A stretch of 21,083 nucleotides of DNA, the filler included, from Parachlamydiales bacterium (GTDB taxonomy: Bacteria; Chlamydiota; Chlamydiia; Chlamydiales; Parachlamydiaceae), in assembly GCA_020051075.1 (NCBI GenBank). It is 2 parts of 2 records of this genome, joined end to end, with 100 filler letters (N's around TTAATTAATTAA, not from the genome) between each part and the next. Parts side by side here need not be neighbours in the genome. Positions count along the whole stretch, not along the records: positions 1 to 13,660 come from JAGVJP010000071.1; 1 more part is not named here. The stretch is one strand, 5' to 3'. Below the pieces are notes generated by a model. That model was not told the origin of the DNA, did not search any database, and saw only the letters and a program-made list of their open reading frames with translations. Position 1 is the stretch's first letter. Each line of letters begins with the position of its first letter. This document shows positions 1 through 9,601 of the stretch, piece by piece. The position numbers were made by a program, and so were the translations under genes.

Positions 1-1326
1 GTTACAGGTTCTAAATACCTGATTGAATTTCAGAATAAAAAAATTTTAGTGGATTGCGGTCTTTTCCAGGGTTTGAAGGAACTGCGTTTGTTGAACTGGG
101 AAACACCGAAATTCGACCCTTCCACTATCAACGCCGTACTTTTGACACATGGTCATCTGGATCACACCGGTTATCTTCCGCGTTTAGTAAAGTTAGGATT
201 TAAAGGTGAGATTTTTGCAACCGCTCCAACACTGAAAATTGCTGAAATCATTTTGAAAGATAGTGCTAAAATCCGGGAAGAAGAAGCTGAAAGAGCTAAT
301 CGAGAGGGTTATTCAAAACATAAACCAGCACTACCTTTTTACGATCTGAAAGATGTAGAACAAACTCAAAAATTATTTCGTCCTGTCCAGGAAGGAGAAT
401 GGCTTAACATTGAAAACTTATTCAAAGTCATTTTTCAATATAATGGCCACATCATAGGCTCTACTTTTATTCAACTGGAAGCAGCAGGGATAACATTTGT
501 ATTTTCTGGTGATATTGGTCGAGAAAAAGATCTTCTGCTCTATCCACCAAAAAAGCCCGATAAAGCAGATGTCCTCCTTATTGAGTCTACATATGGTGGA
601 AAAATACATCCTAATGAGGAGACTATCCTGCCGGAGCTGGAACAGATTGTTAACGAAACTATCAGCCGCGGTGGTTCACTATTTATCCCAAGTTTTGCCG
701 TGGAGAGGACTCAATTACTGATGCTCATTCTCTGGCGATTACTTAAAGGCAAAAAAATTCCAAAAGTTCCGATGATTATGGACAGTCCTATGGGGGCAAA
801 TGTCCTGGATCTATTTCATCATTCACAAGACTGGCACAAGCTGAAGACAGAAGAATGCAATCAGATGTGTTCTCATTTTCGGCTAGTCAGCAGTTATCAG
901 GAAACCATGCAATTGAGGATGGATAAAAAACCGAAAATCGTCATTGCCGGAAGCGGTATGATGACGGGTGGAAGAATTCTGAATTACTTGGAAACGCGAG
1001 CAGCAAATGAAAATGATACTCTTTTGTTTGTTGGTTATCAGGCTGAAGGAACAAGAGGTAGAAAATTGCTGGAAGGTGAAACAGAAATAAAAATCTATGG
1101 AAGAATAATCCCTTTCCGGATGCAGATTAAAAAAATTGAAGGCCTTTCTGCCCATGGAGACCAAAATGACCTGCTTCATTGGCTGTCCGATTTAAAACAA
1201 AAGCCATTCAATATTTTCATCATTCACGGTGAAACGGAACAAGCAGAGGCTTTTAAACAAAAACTCAATGAAGTTAAACATTGGGAAGCTGAAATACCCA
1301 AGTTAAACCAGAGCTTTGAAATATAA
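1..1326 (+). CDS. MBL-fold metallo-hydrolase, beta-CASP RNase family (5' partial; frame open from base 1)
   Basis: Frame reads VTGSKYLIEF..VDCGLFQG from base 1. Motifs THGHLDH, SGDIG, ESTYG, SAHGD and IHGE are typical of beta-CASP nucleases. Stop overlaps the next start (TAATG). Confidence 0.92.
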   Translation, partial: VTGSKYLIEFQNKKILVDCGLFQGLKELRLLNWETPKFDPSTINAVLLTHGHLDHTGYLPRLVKLGFKGEIFATAPTLKIAEIILKDSAKIREEEAERANREGYSKHKPALPFYDLKDVEQTQKLFRPVQEGEWLNIENLFKVIFQYNGHIIGSTFIQLEAAGITFVFSGDIGREKDLLLYPPKKPDKADVLLIESTYGGKIHPNEETILPELEQIVNETISRGGSLFIPSFAVERTQLLMLILWRLLKGKKIPKVPMIMDSPMGANVLDLFHHSQDWHKLKTEECNQMCSHFRLVSSYQETMQLRMDKKPKIVIAGSGMMTGGRILNYLETRAANENDTLLFVGYQAEGTRGRKLLEGETEIKIYGRIIPFRMQIKKIEGLSAHGDQNDLLHWLSDLKQKPFNIFIIHGETEQAEAFKQKLNEVKHWEAEIPKLNQSFEI

Positions 1327-2846
1327 TGGGATTAGAACATCAAGAACATAACACGCTAAAACTAAAAAAATTAGGTGTAGATTTTCGAAATGAACACCTA
1401 GTATTTATGCGAAGAGATTGCCACGTATGCAAATCAGAAGGTTTTGAAGCTTTAAACCGTATTAGGGTATCAAAAGAAGGGAAAACTCTTGTTGCTTCAT
1501 TGATCGTAATGGATGATCCTAGTCAGCTTCGCGATGGTGAGGTTGGTTTATCTGATGGGGCGATAGAATGGCTGTCAGCAACAGAAGGGGATAAGATTAC
1601 TCTGTCTCATATGGCCCCTCTTTATTCCATGAGCGACGTTCGAAAAAAAATCTATGGCAATGCATTGGAACCGGCAGCTTTTACACGCATTGTGCAGGAT
1701 ATTGCTGCTTCCAACCTATCTAACATACAATTATCAGCTTTTCTTACAGCTTGTGTCGGAGATAGGCTTAATGGAGATGAAGTGATTGCTTTGACTAAGG
1801 CAATGATTGATGTTGGATTTCGGCTAGAATGGGGACAAAGTGAAGTGTTTGACAAGCATAGTATCGGAGGGCTTCCAGGGAACCGCACAACACCTATTGT
1901 AGTAGCCATCGTTGCAGCTGCCGGACTCACTATCCCCAAAACATCTTCACGAGCCATTACTTCACCGGCCGGAACAGCTGATACAATGGAAACCATTACT
2001 AATGTAAACCTTTCTGTAGAGCAAATGAAAAATGTCATAAACCAGGAAGGCGGATGTCTTGTCTGGGGTGGTTCTGTGCAGCTTAGCCCGGCTGATGATA
2101 TTATGATCCGTGTGGAAAGAGCCTTGGATATTGATAGTGAAGGTCAATTGATTGCTTCTGTACTGTCAAAAAAAGCTGCAGCAGGTTCTACGCATGTGGT
2201 TATAGATATACCTGTGGGGCCAACTGCAAAGGTAAGATCCGAAGAGGCCGCAAAGCTGCTTTCAAAAAACATAATTGCCGTTGGCCGAGCTATCGGCCTG
2301 AACGTAGCTACAGTAATTACTGACGGCAGACAACCTATCGGCCGTGGCATTGGTCCAGCATTGGAAGCCCTTGATGTGCTGTCCGTACTGCAAAATACTG
2401 TTACAGCTCCGAAAGACCTTCGTCAAAAAGCTATACTCTTAGCCGGTAAGTTGCTCGAAATGGGAGAAAAAGCTTCTGTAGGACAAGGCGAAGCATTGGC
2501 GGCTGATATTTTGGATTCAGGCAAAGCATGGGAGAAATTTCAACGGATATGCATAGCTCAGGGAGGATTAAAAATACCCGAAACTGGACTCTATAGGCAG
2601 ATCATAAAAGCGGATAAATCCGGTACGATCATGGCTATAGATAACCGAAAGATTGCCAAAATTGCAAAGCTTGCCGGCGCCCCCGATGCAGCTACAGCCG
2701 GCATCTATTTATCTGCCTCATTAGGTCTTAGAGTAAATAAAGGACAAGATTTGTTCGAAATATTTGCCGAATCGCCAGGTGAACTGGCATATGCTCTGGA
2801 ATATTTAAAAGCTAATGCAGATATCATCAAAATTGAGGCCTCATGA
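1326..2846 (+). CDS. Thymidine phosphorylase family protein, AMP/NMP-phosphorylase-like long form
   Basis: DKHSIGGLPGNRTT and PKTSSRAITSPAGTADTME motifs, plus the extra N-terminal domain (FMRRDCHVCKSEGF) of the ~500-aa archaeal-type subfamily. Confidence 0.9.
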   Translation: MGLEHQEHNTLKLKKLGVDFRNEHLVFMRRDCHVCKSEGFEALNRIRVSKEGKTLVASLIVMDDPSQLRDGEVGLSDGAIEWLSATEGDKITLSHMAPLYSMSDVRKKIYGNALEPAAFTRIVQDIAASNLSNIQLSAFLTACVGDRLNGDEVIALTKAMIDVGFRLEWGQSEVFDKHSIGGLPGNRTTPIVVAIVAAAGLTIPKTSSRAITSPAGTADTMETITNVNLSVEQMKNVINQEGGCLVWGGSVQLSPADDIMIRVERALDIDSEGQLIASVLSKKAAAGSTHVVIDIPVGPTAKVRSEEAAKLLSKNIIAVGRAIGLNVATVITDGRQPIGRGIGPALEALDVLSVLQNTVTAPKDLRQKAILLAGKLLEMGEKASVGQGEALAADILDSGKAWEKFQRICIAQGGLKIPETGLYRQIIKADKSGTIMAIDNRKIAKIAKLAGAPDAATAGIYLSASLGLRVNKGQDLFEIFAESPGELAYALEYLKANADIIKIEAS

Positions 2847-3739
2847 AAATGATCCTTTTTTCCCTTCCTGGGAACGAAATAATGAGCCATAAACTCGCTC
2901 AATGTCTAAATGCAAAAATAGGGGAGTTTACCATTCGACAGTTCCCTGACGGAGAAAGTTATGTAAAGATTAATTCAGACGTCAAAGGGAAGTGCGTAGT
3001 CCTTGTCTGCACATTAAATGAACCCGATAACAAACTTCTTCCATTGTACTTTCTTTGTCAAACAGCCAAAGACTTGGGAGCACATTGCACGTGTCTTGTG
3101 ACTCCTTACCTTGCTTATATGAGACAAGACAAACGCTTTCAGCCGGGAGAAGGAATCACATCTACCTATTTTGGCAAATTGATTTCAAGCTTCGCTGACA
3201 GTCTTACAACTGTTGACCCACACTTACATCGCAGAAGATCCCTTTCAGAAGTCTATCGGATACCAAACAAGGTAATCCATGCAGCCGCACATATTTCTCA
3301 ATGGATCAAAACAAACGTAGAGAAGCCAGTCCTTATTGGACCAGACAGTGAAAGCTCGCAATGGGTGTCTGAGGTTGCAAAAAATGCTGGGGCCCCATTT
3401 ACGGTATTGCAAAAAATCCGACATGGCGACCGAGATGTGGAGGTTTCTATACCAGATGTAGACAATTACAAAGATCATACTCCAGTGCTTGTGGATGACA
3501 TTATATCAACTGCTAGAACGATGATCGAGACGGTCAAACATCTGAAAAGAGGAGGGATGAAACCTCCTGTTTGTATTGGCGTGCATGCAGTATTTGCCGG
3601 TAATGCCTATGAAGAATTAATGAACTCCGGAACAGCATCGATTATCACCTGCAATACCATTCCACATAAGAGCAATAAAATTGACCTTAGCGATATTTTG
3701 GCAGAGAACATTCAAGATCTTATGAAACCAAATTCTTGA
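2843..3739 (+). CDS. prs: Ribose-phosphate pyrophosphokinase (PRPP synthetase family)
   Basis: FPDGESYV, PYLAYMRQDKRF, VDPHLH, GPD and VDDIISTARTM motifs. ATGA overlap with the upstream gene. Confidence 0.9.
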   Translation: MKMILFSLPGNEIMSHKLAQCLNAKIGEFTIRQFPDGESYVKINSDVKGKCVVLVCTLNEPDNKLLPLYFLCQTAKDLGAHCTCLVTPYLAYMRQDKRFQPGEGITSTYFGKLISSFADSLTTVDPHLHRRRSLSEVYRIPNKVIHAAAHISQWIKTNVEKPVLIGPDSESSQWVSEVAKNAGAPFTVLQKIRHGDRDVEVSIPDVDNYKDHTPVLVDDIISTARTMIETVKHLKRGGMKPPVCIGVHAVFAGNAYEELMNSGTASIITCNTIPHKSNKIDLSDILAENIQDLMKPNS

Positions 3740-3759
3740 AGTGAATCATAGGAGGACAT

Positions 3760-5076
3760 GTGATCTCAGTCGCTGTTTATGATACGAAATCTTATGATCG
3801 TCAATATCTTGCGCGCAATCCCGAAAGCAAAAATATTACATGGCAGTTCTTTGATTTTCATTTAAATGACAAAACCGCAATGACAGCCAAAGGAACACAA
3901 GCGGTGTGTGTATTTGTGAATGGTGACGACTCCCTCGCGTAAACGCGAAGGCTTCTAGGGCTTTTACAACCCATGCTATCTCGCCCGAGAGCAATATTTG
4001 TCCTAGTTTTTTTCTTTAAGCTTTGGGATTGATGTCTATTAGGTTTGAACACTGAACAGAACCTTACTAGGGAACCCTTAGCCAACCTATAGTGTTTTAC
4101 ACTTAGAGGATTTGCTAAGTAACCGAATACACTTTTCAGATAGCGAGGTTGCTTCAAAGAGCAAGTAGAAGTAGAGTAACAAATAGGCGCATTTCATCCC
4201 AGTCTTAAAAAACTGGGTTTTCATGCGTCCATGGATAAAATAGACGGCGCATGTTTAGAACAACTTTCTCAATTGGGGATCAAGCTCATTCTCTTGCGTT
4301 GTGCAGGTTATAATAATGTTGACCTTGTTGCAGCTAAATCTTTTAATATAACCATCACTCGTGTACCTGCCTATTCACCTCATGCAGTAGCTGAACATGC
4401 ATTTGGATTGTTCTTATGCCTAAATCGGAAAATTCATCGTGCTTATCATCGCGTCCGTGAGCAAAATTTTTCATTAAATGGTTTGCTAGGTTTTGATATT
4501 GAAGGAAAAACAATAGGCATTATCGGAACTGGCAAAATAGGGAAAGTAACAGCTCAAATTGCAAAAGGATTTGAAGTTAAGGTTATTGCATACGATATCT
4601 GTCCTTCTACAGAATTGACAATGACATTTGGGATTCAGTACGTGGATTTACCAACATTGTTTTCGCAAAGCGATATTATTTCCTTACATGCCCCGCTATT
4701 GCCGAATACTTATCGTATGATAAATGCCGCAGCTATTCAGCAAATGAAACAGGGGGTTATTATCATTAATACCAGTCGTGGAAAAGTCATTGAAACGCAA
4801 GCTTTGATTCAAGGATTGAAATCAGGCCATATTGGTGGTGTGGCCTTGGATGTATACGAGGAGGAAGAAAATGTATTTTTTGAAGATTTTTCGGATAAAA
4901 TTTTGCTAGATGATGAATTATCCAGGCTGCTCACATTTCCAAATGTCCTTATTACTGCCCATCAAGGTTTTTTTACTCATGAATCTCTAACAGAAATCGC
5001 TAGGGTAACAATAGAGAATATTCTCCGCCTTGCAAAAAATGAGCCTTTCTTAGCAGAAACGACTCTGACATCCTGA
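3760..5076 (+). pseudogene. ldhA: D-lactate dehydrogenase (2-hydroxyacid dehydrogenase) interrupted by a 312-bp insertion
   Basis: AGGAGG RBS before GTG 3760. Removing 3923-4234 restores ...AVCVFVN-DKIDG... and a 334-aa ORF with LRCAGYNNVD, PAYSPHAVAEH, GTGKIG, INTSRG, DVYEEE and TAHQGFFT. Confidence 0.9.
3923..4234 (-). mobile_element. Non-autonomous IS200/IS605 derivative (PATE-like mini element, 312 bp)
   Basis: Both ends are homologous to the full IS at 8441-10070: GTGAC..CCTCGCG-TAAA-CGCGAAGGCTTCTAGGG at one end and hairpin CCCAGT..ACTGGG-TTTT..GCGTCC at the other. It abuts ATAAA (TTTAT on minus) with no target duplication and has no tnpA or tnpB. Confidence 0.9.
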
Positions 5077-5087
5077 AAAATTTTTGA

Positions 5088-5116
5088 TTGACCAGTTTTA
5101 AAATTGCGTATACGTT
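5088..5116 (+). promoter_or_regulatory. Possible sigma70-type promoter for fasciclin-copA
   Basis: TTGACC-N17-TACGTT upstream of the AAGGA RBS of ORF 5156. Confidence 0.35.
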
Positions 5117-5155
5117 GAGGTTAAGAGTGAATGCCTGTTTTTCTAAAGGAAATAT

Positions 5156-5668
5156 ATGATAAATGTAATTAGAGCTTTTTTTATATTCAGTTCATTATTA
5201 TTCATATATCCTTTGGCAGGAGAATCAAATGAAAAAACTTCTTCAAAGATCGAACATCCAAAAACGGTCCTCGATGAAGTATTGGAAAATCCCTCTTTAA
5301 GCACTCTGGCAAAAATTATCGTTAAGACTAATATTGTCGACATTTTAGAAAGCCAAGGTCCTTTTACTCTGTTTGCTCCCTCAAATGAAGCATTTGCAAA
5401 GTTATCTCCTGGAACCTTGGAAGACTGGCTTAAACCGAGCAATAAAGAAAAACTAACGGCTATTTTAAAATTTCACATAGTCTTGGGTAAAATGACCTTG
5501 GAGGAACTGAAAAAAAATAAAGGATTGATGACTCTTGAAGGCCAGCATGTTAGTATAAAATTCGATAACAACAAAGTGACCATTAACAATGCAGCTGTGG
5601 TCAGATCTAATCTCGAATATCCCAATGGTATCGTCTATATCATCGATCAAATCCTCATTCCAAAATGA
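5156..5668 (+). CDS. Fasciclin (FAS1) domain protein with N-terminal signal/anchor
   Basis: [23 protein letters not shown] and [13 protein letters not shown] motifs. ATGA overlap with copA. Confidence 0.9.
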   Translation: MINVIRAFFIFSSLLFIYPLAGESNEKTSSKIEHPKTVLDEVLENPSLSTLAKIIVKTNIVDILESQGPFTLFAPSNEAFAKLSPGTLEDWLKPSNKEKLTAILKFHIVLGKMTLEELKKNKGLMTLEGQHVSIKFDNNKVTINNAAVVRSNLEYPNGIVYIIDQILIPK

Positions 5669-7923
5669 CAGTCAACTCATCTGCAGAATCTAATATTTCA
5701 AAGAACGACATTTACACTTGCCCCATGCACCCTGAAATCAAACAAAATAAACCAGGAATATGCCCAAAATGTGGGATGACACTAGAAAAGATCCCAACAC
5801 CATCTTCGCATAAAGTGATCTATACTTGTCCTATGCATCATGAGATTCAGCAAGATCATCCAGGTCTTTGTCCAATTTGTGGAATGACTTTAGAGCCAAA
5901 AGAAGCTACAGCAGAAGTTGATGATTCCGAATATCGAGATATGCAGCGCAGATTTTGGATCGGAGCTGTTTTAACGATTCCTGTCTTGATACTAGCTACA
6001 AGCAATATGTTTCCATTTTTAAAACTAGAAAGCGTTGTGTCAGATCCTGTTTCTCGATGGATTCAATTTGTCATTAGTACACCTATCGTGCTTTGGTCGG
6101 GATGGCCATTTTTTGAAAAAGCCTGGTATTCTTTAGTTAATCGCTCTCTCAACATGTTCTCTTTGATTGCTTTAGGTGTCGGAGCGGCCTATTTTTACAG
6201 TGCCATTGCTGTTGTATTTCCTAACTTGTTTCCTGATTCCTTTAAAGAAAAGGGAGAGCTTTTCGTCTATTTTGAAGCAGCTTCTGTGATTACTGTTCTC
6301 GTTATCCTTGGTCAAGTATTAGAACTCAAAGCGAAAAGCCAGACAAGCCAAGCCATTAAAGCCTTACTTGGTCGAGCTGCTAAAACAGCTCATCTTCTAG
6401 TCAATGGCCAAGAACAAGAAGTTTCTATTGATCAAGTAAAAGTGGGAGATATATTAAGAGTAAAGCCTGGTGAGAAGATTCCCGTTGATGGAGTTGTAAC
6501 TGAAGGCTCGAGCTTCGTCGATGAATCCATGATTACGGGCGAACCCATCCCTGTTGAAAAGAAAGCTGAAGACAATGTGACTGGAAGTACAATTAATCAG
6601 ACAGGCAGCTTCTTAATGGAAGCAGAGCGAGTTGGTAGTGAAACCCTGCTAGCCAGAATTGTGCAAATGGTTTCAGAAGCTCAAAGAAGCAAAGCGCCTA
6701 TTCAAAAGCTTGCCGACACAATTTCTGGATATTTTGTCCCTGTTGTCGTTTTAGTTGCGATTATCACATTTATCGTTTGGGCTTCGATTGGGCCTGAGCC
6801 ACGTTTTGTTTTTGCATTAGTTAATGCTGTCGCTGTATTGATTATTGCTTGTCCATGCGCACTTGGCTTGGCAACGCCAATGTCAATCATGGTCGGAGTA
6901 GGACGAGGCGCTGAAATGGGAGTGCTCATTAAAAATGCTGAGGCTTTAGAGCGACTGGAAAAAGTCAATACTGTGATGATGGATAAAACAGGGACGCTCA
7001 CAGAAGGAAAACCTAGAATAACGCAGATTGTAGCTTCCTCTGATTGGCAAGAAAATGATCTTTTAAGATTAGCCGCTTCCGTAGAAAAAAATAGTGAACA
7101 TCCTCTTGCCTTAGCTATTGTACAAGGAGCCCAGGAAAGAAGTTTGACTATCCCAGAAGTCGATCAATTTAACTCAGTTACAGGTGGGGGAGTCACAGGT
7201 ATTGTGGAAGGCAAAAAGGTGTTTGTAGGTAAGCCGAATTTAATGGAAGAAAACCATATCACTGGAATTGCAAGCCTACAGGCTCAAGCAAAAGAAGCCC
7301 AAGAACAGGCTCAGACAGCCATCTTTGTGGCGATTGATGGGAAAGCCATAGGATTTATTGTGGTCGCCGATCCAATTAAAGCATCTACTTCAAAAGCGAT
7401 AGAGGATTTGCATCAACTTGGTATAAAGGTCATCATGTTGACGGGGGATAATGAATACACAGCTAAGGCCGTGGCCAAAAAGTTGAATATTGATGAAGTT
7501 CATGCAGGGGTTAATCCAAAAGATAAAAACATCTTAGTTCAGCAACTCAAGAATGAAAAACAAATTGTAGCGATGGCAGGAGATGGAATTAACGATTCAC
7601 CAGCTCTTGCTGCCGCAGATGTAGGGATTGCCATGGGAACAGGAACTGATGTGGCAATGGAAAGTGCTGGTGTAACTTTAGTTAAAGGAGACCTCAATGG
7701 TATTGTGCGAGCGATTACCTTGAGTCGAGCCACAATGCGCAATATTAGACAAAATCTCTTCTTTGCTTTTATCTATAATTTGGCAGGAATTCCTATCGCT
7801 GCCGGCATCCTGTTTCCATTGACAGGCCTTCTTTTAAATCCAATTATTGCAAGTGCTGCCATGGCTTTCAGTTCTGTTTCTGTCATTTTGAACGCACTTA
7901 GGCTTAATAAAGTAAAAACTTAA
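5665..7923 (+). CDS. copA: Cu(I)-translocating P1B-type ATPase with two N-terminal YTCPMH metal-binding domains
   Basis: YTCPMH..CPxCGM twice, [31 protein letters not shown], and the YN and MAFSS transmembrane ligands. Confidence 0.93.
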   Translation: MTVNSSAESNISKNDIYTCPMHPEIKQNKPGICPKCGMTLEKIPTPSSHKVIYTCPMHHEIQQDHPGLCPICGMTLEPKEATAEVDDSEYRDMQRRFWIGAVLTIPVLILATSNMFPFLKLESVVSDPVSRWIQFVISTPIVLWSGWPFFEKAWYSLVNRSLNMFSLIALGVGAAYFYSAIAVVFPNLFPDSFKEKGELFVYFEAASVITVLVILGQVLELKAKSQTSQAIKALLGRAAKTAHLLVNGQEQEVSIDQVKVGDILRVKPGEKIPVDGVVTEGSSFVDESMITGEPIPVEKKAEDNVTGSTINQTGSFLMEAERVGSETLLARIVQMVSEAQRSKAPIQKLADTISGYFVPVVVLVAIITFIVWASIGPEPRFVFALVNAVAVLIIACPCALGLATPMSIMVGVGRGAEMGVLIKNAEALERLEKVNTVMMDKTGTLTEGKPRITQIVASSDWQENDLLRLAASVEKNSEHPLALAIVQGAQERSLTIPEVDQFNSVTGGGVTGIVEGKKVFVGKPNLMEENHITGIASLQAQAKEAQEQAQTAIFVAIDGKAIGFIVVADPIKASTSKAIEDLHQLGIKVIMLTGDNEYTAKAVAKKLNIDEVHAGVNPKDKNILVQQLKNEKQIVAMAGDGINDSPALAAADVGIAMGTGTDVAMESAGVTLVKGDLNGIVRAITLSRATMRNIRQNLFFAFIYNLAGIPIAAGILFPLTGLLLNPIIASAAMAFSSVSVILNALRLNKVKT

Positions 7924-7926
7924 TCT

Positions 7927-8245
7927 TTACAACCATCCTCCGGAAAATCCAGCACGTTGCAAGCCCGTCCTGATATAGGAATAGTTATAGCCGGCTGCGT
8001 CGGGCTCAGGACCTTGCGGGCTATTCCAGAAAAACCGCAGCGTCGCAAGTGTTCGCTCAATAGCGGTGACAACTGAATATGACGCCAACGCAAGTCCAGT
8101 GGCAGCGATGCTTGCAGGCCAATCCGCCGCTGTTTTGTCGATCACGAGGCCATTAGAAGGATTTGTTTCATGTAAAAAATATTCGAATGTTTCGCGCTGC
8201 AGTTTTTCTAGTTCGGCATCAATGGTTGGTTTCTGGGCTGCCCAT
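7927..8245 (-). pseudogene. Internally deleted relic of a glucoamylase-family (GH144-like) glycoside hydrolase
   Basis: Reads ..QKPTIDAELEKLQRETFEYFLHETNPSNGLVIDKTAADWPASIAATGLAL..TLRFFWNSPQGPEPDAAGY fused in frame to the C-terminus YIRTGLQRAGFSGGWL. The ATG at 8245 is out of frame by one extra G. Confidence 0.75.
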
Positions 8246-8253
8246 GTTTTTGT

Positions 8254-8440
8254 TTATCCGCCCAGTCGAGGGATATATGCGGGTGTTTTGGCAGCATAGG
8301 CTTCATATTCCTTTCCAAACTCGGCATACATGTCACTCTCTTCAATTTTAGCAAGCCGAACATACATGATGACTAAAATGGGAAACATGATAAGAGTCAA
8401 TATAGTAGGCCATTGAAGGAGAAAACCGAACATGATCATG
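8254..8440 (-). pseudogene. C-terminal fragment of an isoprenylcysteine carboxylmethyltransferase-family membrane protein
   Basis: MIMFGFLLQWPTILTLIMFPILVIMYVRLAKIEE..FGKEYEAY..TPAYIP. Cut exactly at the IS right end. Confidence 0.8.
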
Positions 8441-8600
8441 GTGACTACTCCCTCGCCTAAAGGCGAAGGCTTCTAGGGGTTATCCCCAGGCCATCTAGTC
8501 CGAGGGCCAAAATATTTTGTGCTGCGTTGAGATCCCTGCTGGTTTGATATCCGCAACGAGCACAGACGTGAGATCTTTCCGAGAGCTCTTTAAGCTCACG
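8421..8600 (-). ncRNA. Predicted TnpB omega-RNA (right-end scaffold plus ~20-nt flank-derived guide CAUGAUCAUGUUCGGUUUUC); 5' boundary approximate
   Basis: Established TnpB biology: the scaffold overlaps the tnpB 3' end and right end, and the guide is the downstream flank. Confidence 0.6.
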
Positions 8601-9578
8601 ATGGCCGCATCTGCTGCAATCTTGTGTCGTATAGGCAGGGTTTACCAATCCTATCTTCCTACCAGCTTCTTCCGCTTTGTAGGAGAGGTATCGGCAAAAC
8701 TGATTCCAACTCACATCGGCAATACTCTTTGCAAAAGAAGAATTGGCTATCATCTCTTTAATTGCCAGATCCTCTACGCAAATGTACTGATACTCATTCA
8801 CTATCTTTTTAGATTCTTTATGACAAAAGTCTTTTCTTCGGTTTCTGATTCGCTCATGAATCTTTGCAATGGCTTTACCCTTTTTGCGTCTTTCAGGAGT
8901 TCCCTTGGCAAGCTTGGCGCATTGCCTCTGAGTCTTAGCTAAAGCCTTTTCTGCCTGCTTGAAAAATCGAGGATTTTCAATCTCTCGTCCATCAGAGAAC
9001 GTGGCAAACTGCTTCAACCCCATATCGATACCTATCGATTTGTCAGCGGAAGGCATAGGCCGAACATCCACTTCACAAGAAAAAGAGACATCCCAACTAC
9101 CAGTTGCATTCTTCTTTAAAGTGCAGGTTTTGATCGTACCCTCGATAGGACGATGATATAGAATACGCAAACGTCCCACTTTGGACAGTTTTAATTCATT
9201 CCCCTCAAGGTTAAAGCCGCTTTGGGGATAGCAAAAGCTATTGTAGCGATGGGTTCCTCTGAATCGGGGAAATCCTGATTTCTGCCCCTGCTTGCACCTT
9301 CTGAAAAATCCATTAAATGCCTTATCCAGCCTGTCAACCACATTCTGAAGGACTTGAGAGTGAACCTTCTCCAACCCTGGACGTTCTATTTTCAATTCTG
9401 GTAAGAACATGAGCTGCTGGATCTTAGTCAGGGAAATTTCCAGTTCATCGTAAGCCAGAATTCTCTGGGATAGCAGCTCGTTATAGAGCCATCGGCATTC
9501 CTGCAGCTGCTCATCTAAAAGGCGAGCTTGCTTCTTGGTGGTTTTGAGGCGAAAGTGAAAGGACTTCCTAACAATCAT
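8457..9578 (-). CDS. tnpB: RNA-guided endonuclease TnpB
   Basis: N-terminal HTH, GFPRFR, RuvC residues in GIDMG / VEDL / RDLNAA, and zinc finger CSRC..CARC. Confidence 0.95.
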   Translation of the reverse strand: MIVRKSFHFRLKTTKKQARLLDEQLQECRWLYNELLSQRILAYDELEISLTKIQQLMFLPELKIERPGLEKVHSQVLQNVVDRLDKAFNGFFRRCKQGQKSGFPRFRGTHRYNSFCYPQSGFNLEGNELKLSKVGRLRILYHRPIEGTIKTCTLKKNATGSWDVSFSCEVDVRPMPSADKSIGIDMGLKQFATFSDGREIENPRFFKQAEKALAKTQRQCAKLAKGTPERRKKGKAIAKIHERIRNRRKDFCHKESKKIVNEYQYICVEDLAIKEMIANSSFAKSIADVSWNQFCRYLSYKAEEAGRKIGLVNPAYTTQDCSRCGHRELKELSERSHVCARCGYQTSRDLNAAQNILALGLDGLGITPRSLRL

Positions 9579-9601
9579 GCGGCCATGTTATCATTTGGTC
9601 T

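Noticed and set aside
3858..4157. 99-aa minus-strand ORF
   Set aside because: It crosses the element boundary into antisense ldhA. Only the tnpB-tail remnant is protein-like and no RBS is evident.
3922..4233. Self-splicing group I intron / IStron in ldhA (an alternative boundary gives exon-U and terminal G, in frame)
   Set aside because: I find no recognisable P/Q/R/S core motifs, the IS orientation is antisense to ldhA, and the U/G boundary follows from a one-base ambiguity. RT-PCR would settle it.
4231..5076. Stand-alone 281-aa dehydrogenase from an ATG supplied by the element end
   Set aside because: It lacks the first 54 aa of the substrate-binding domain and has no clear RBS, so it is treated as part of the interrupted ldhA.
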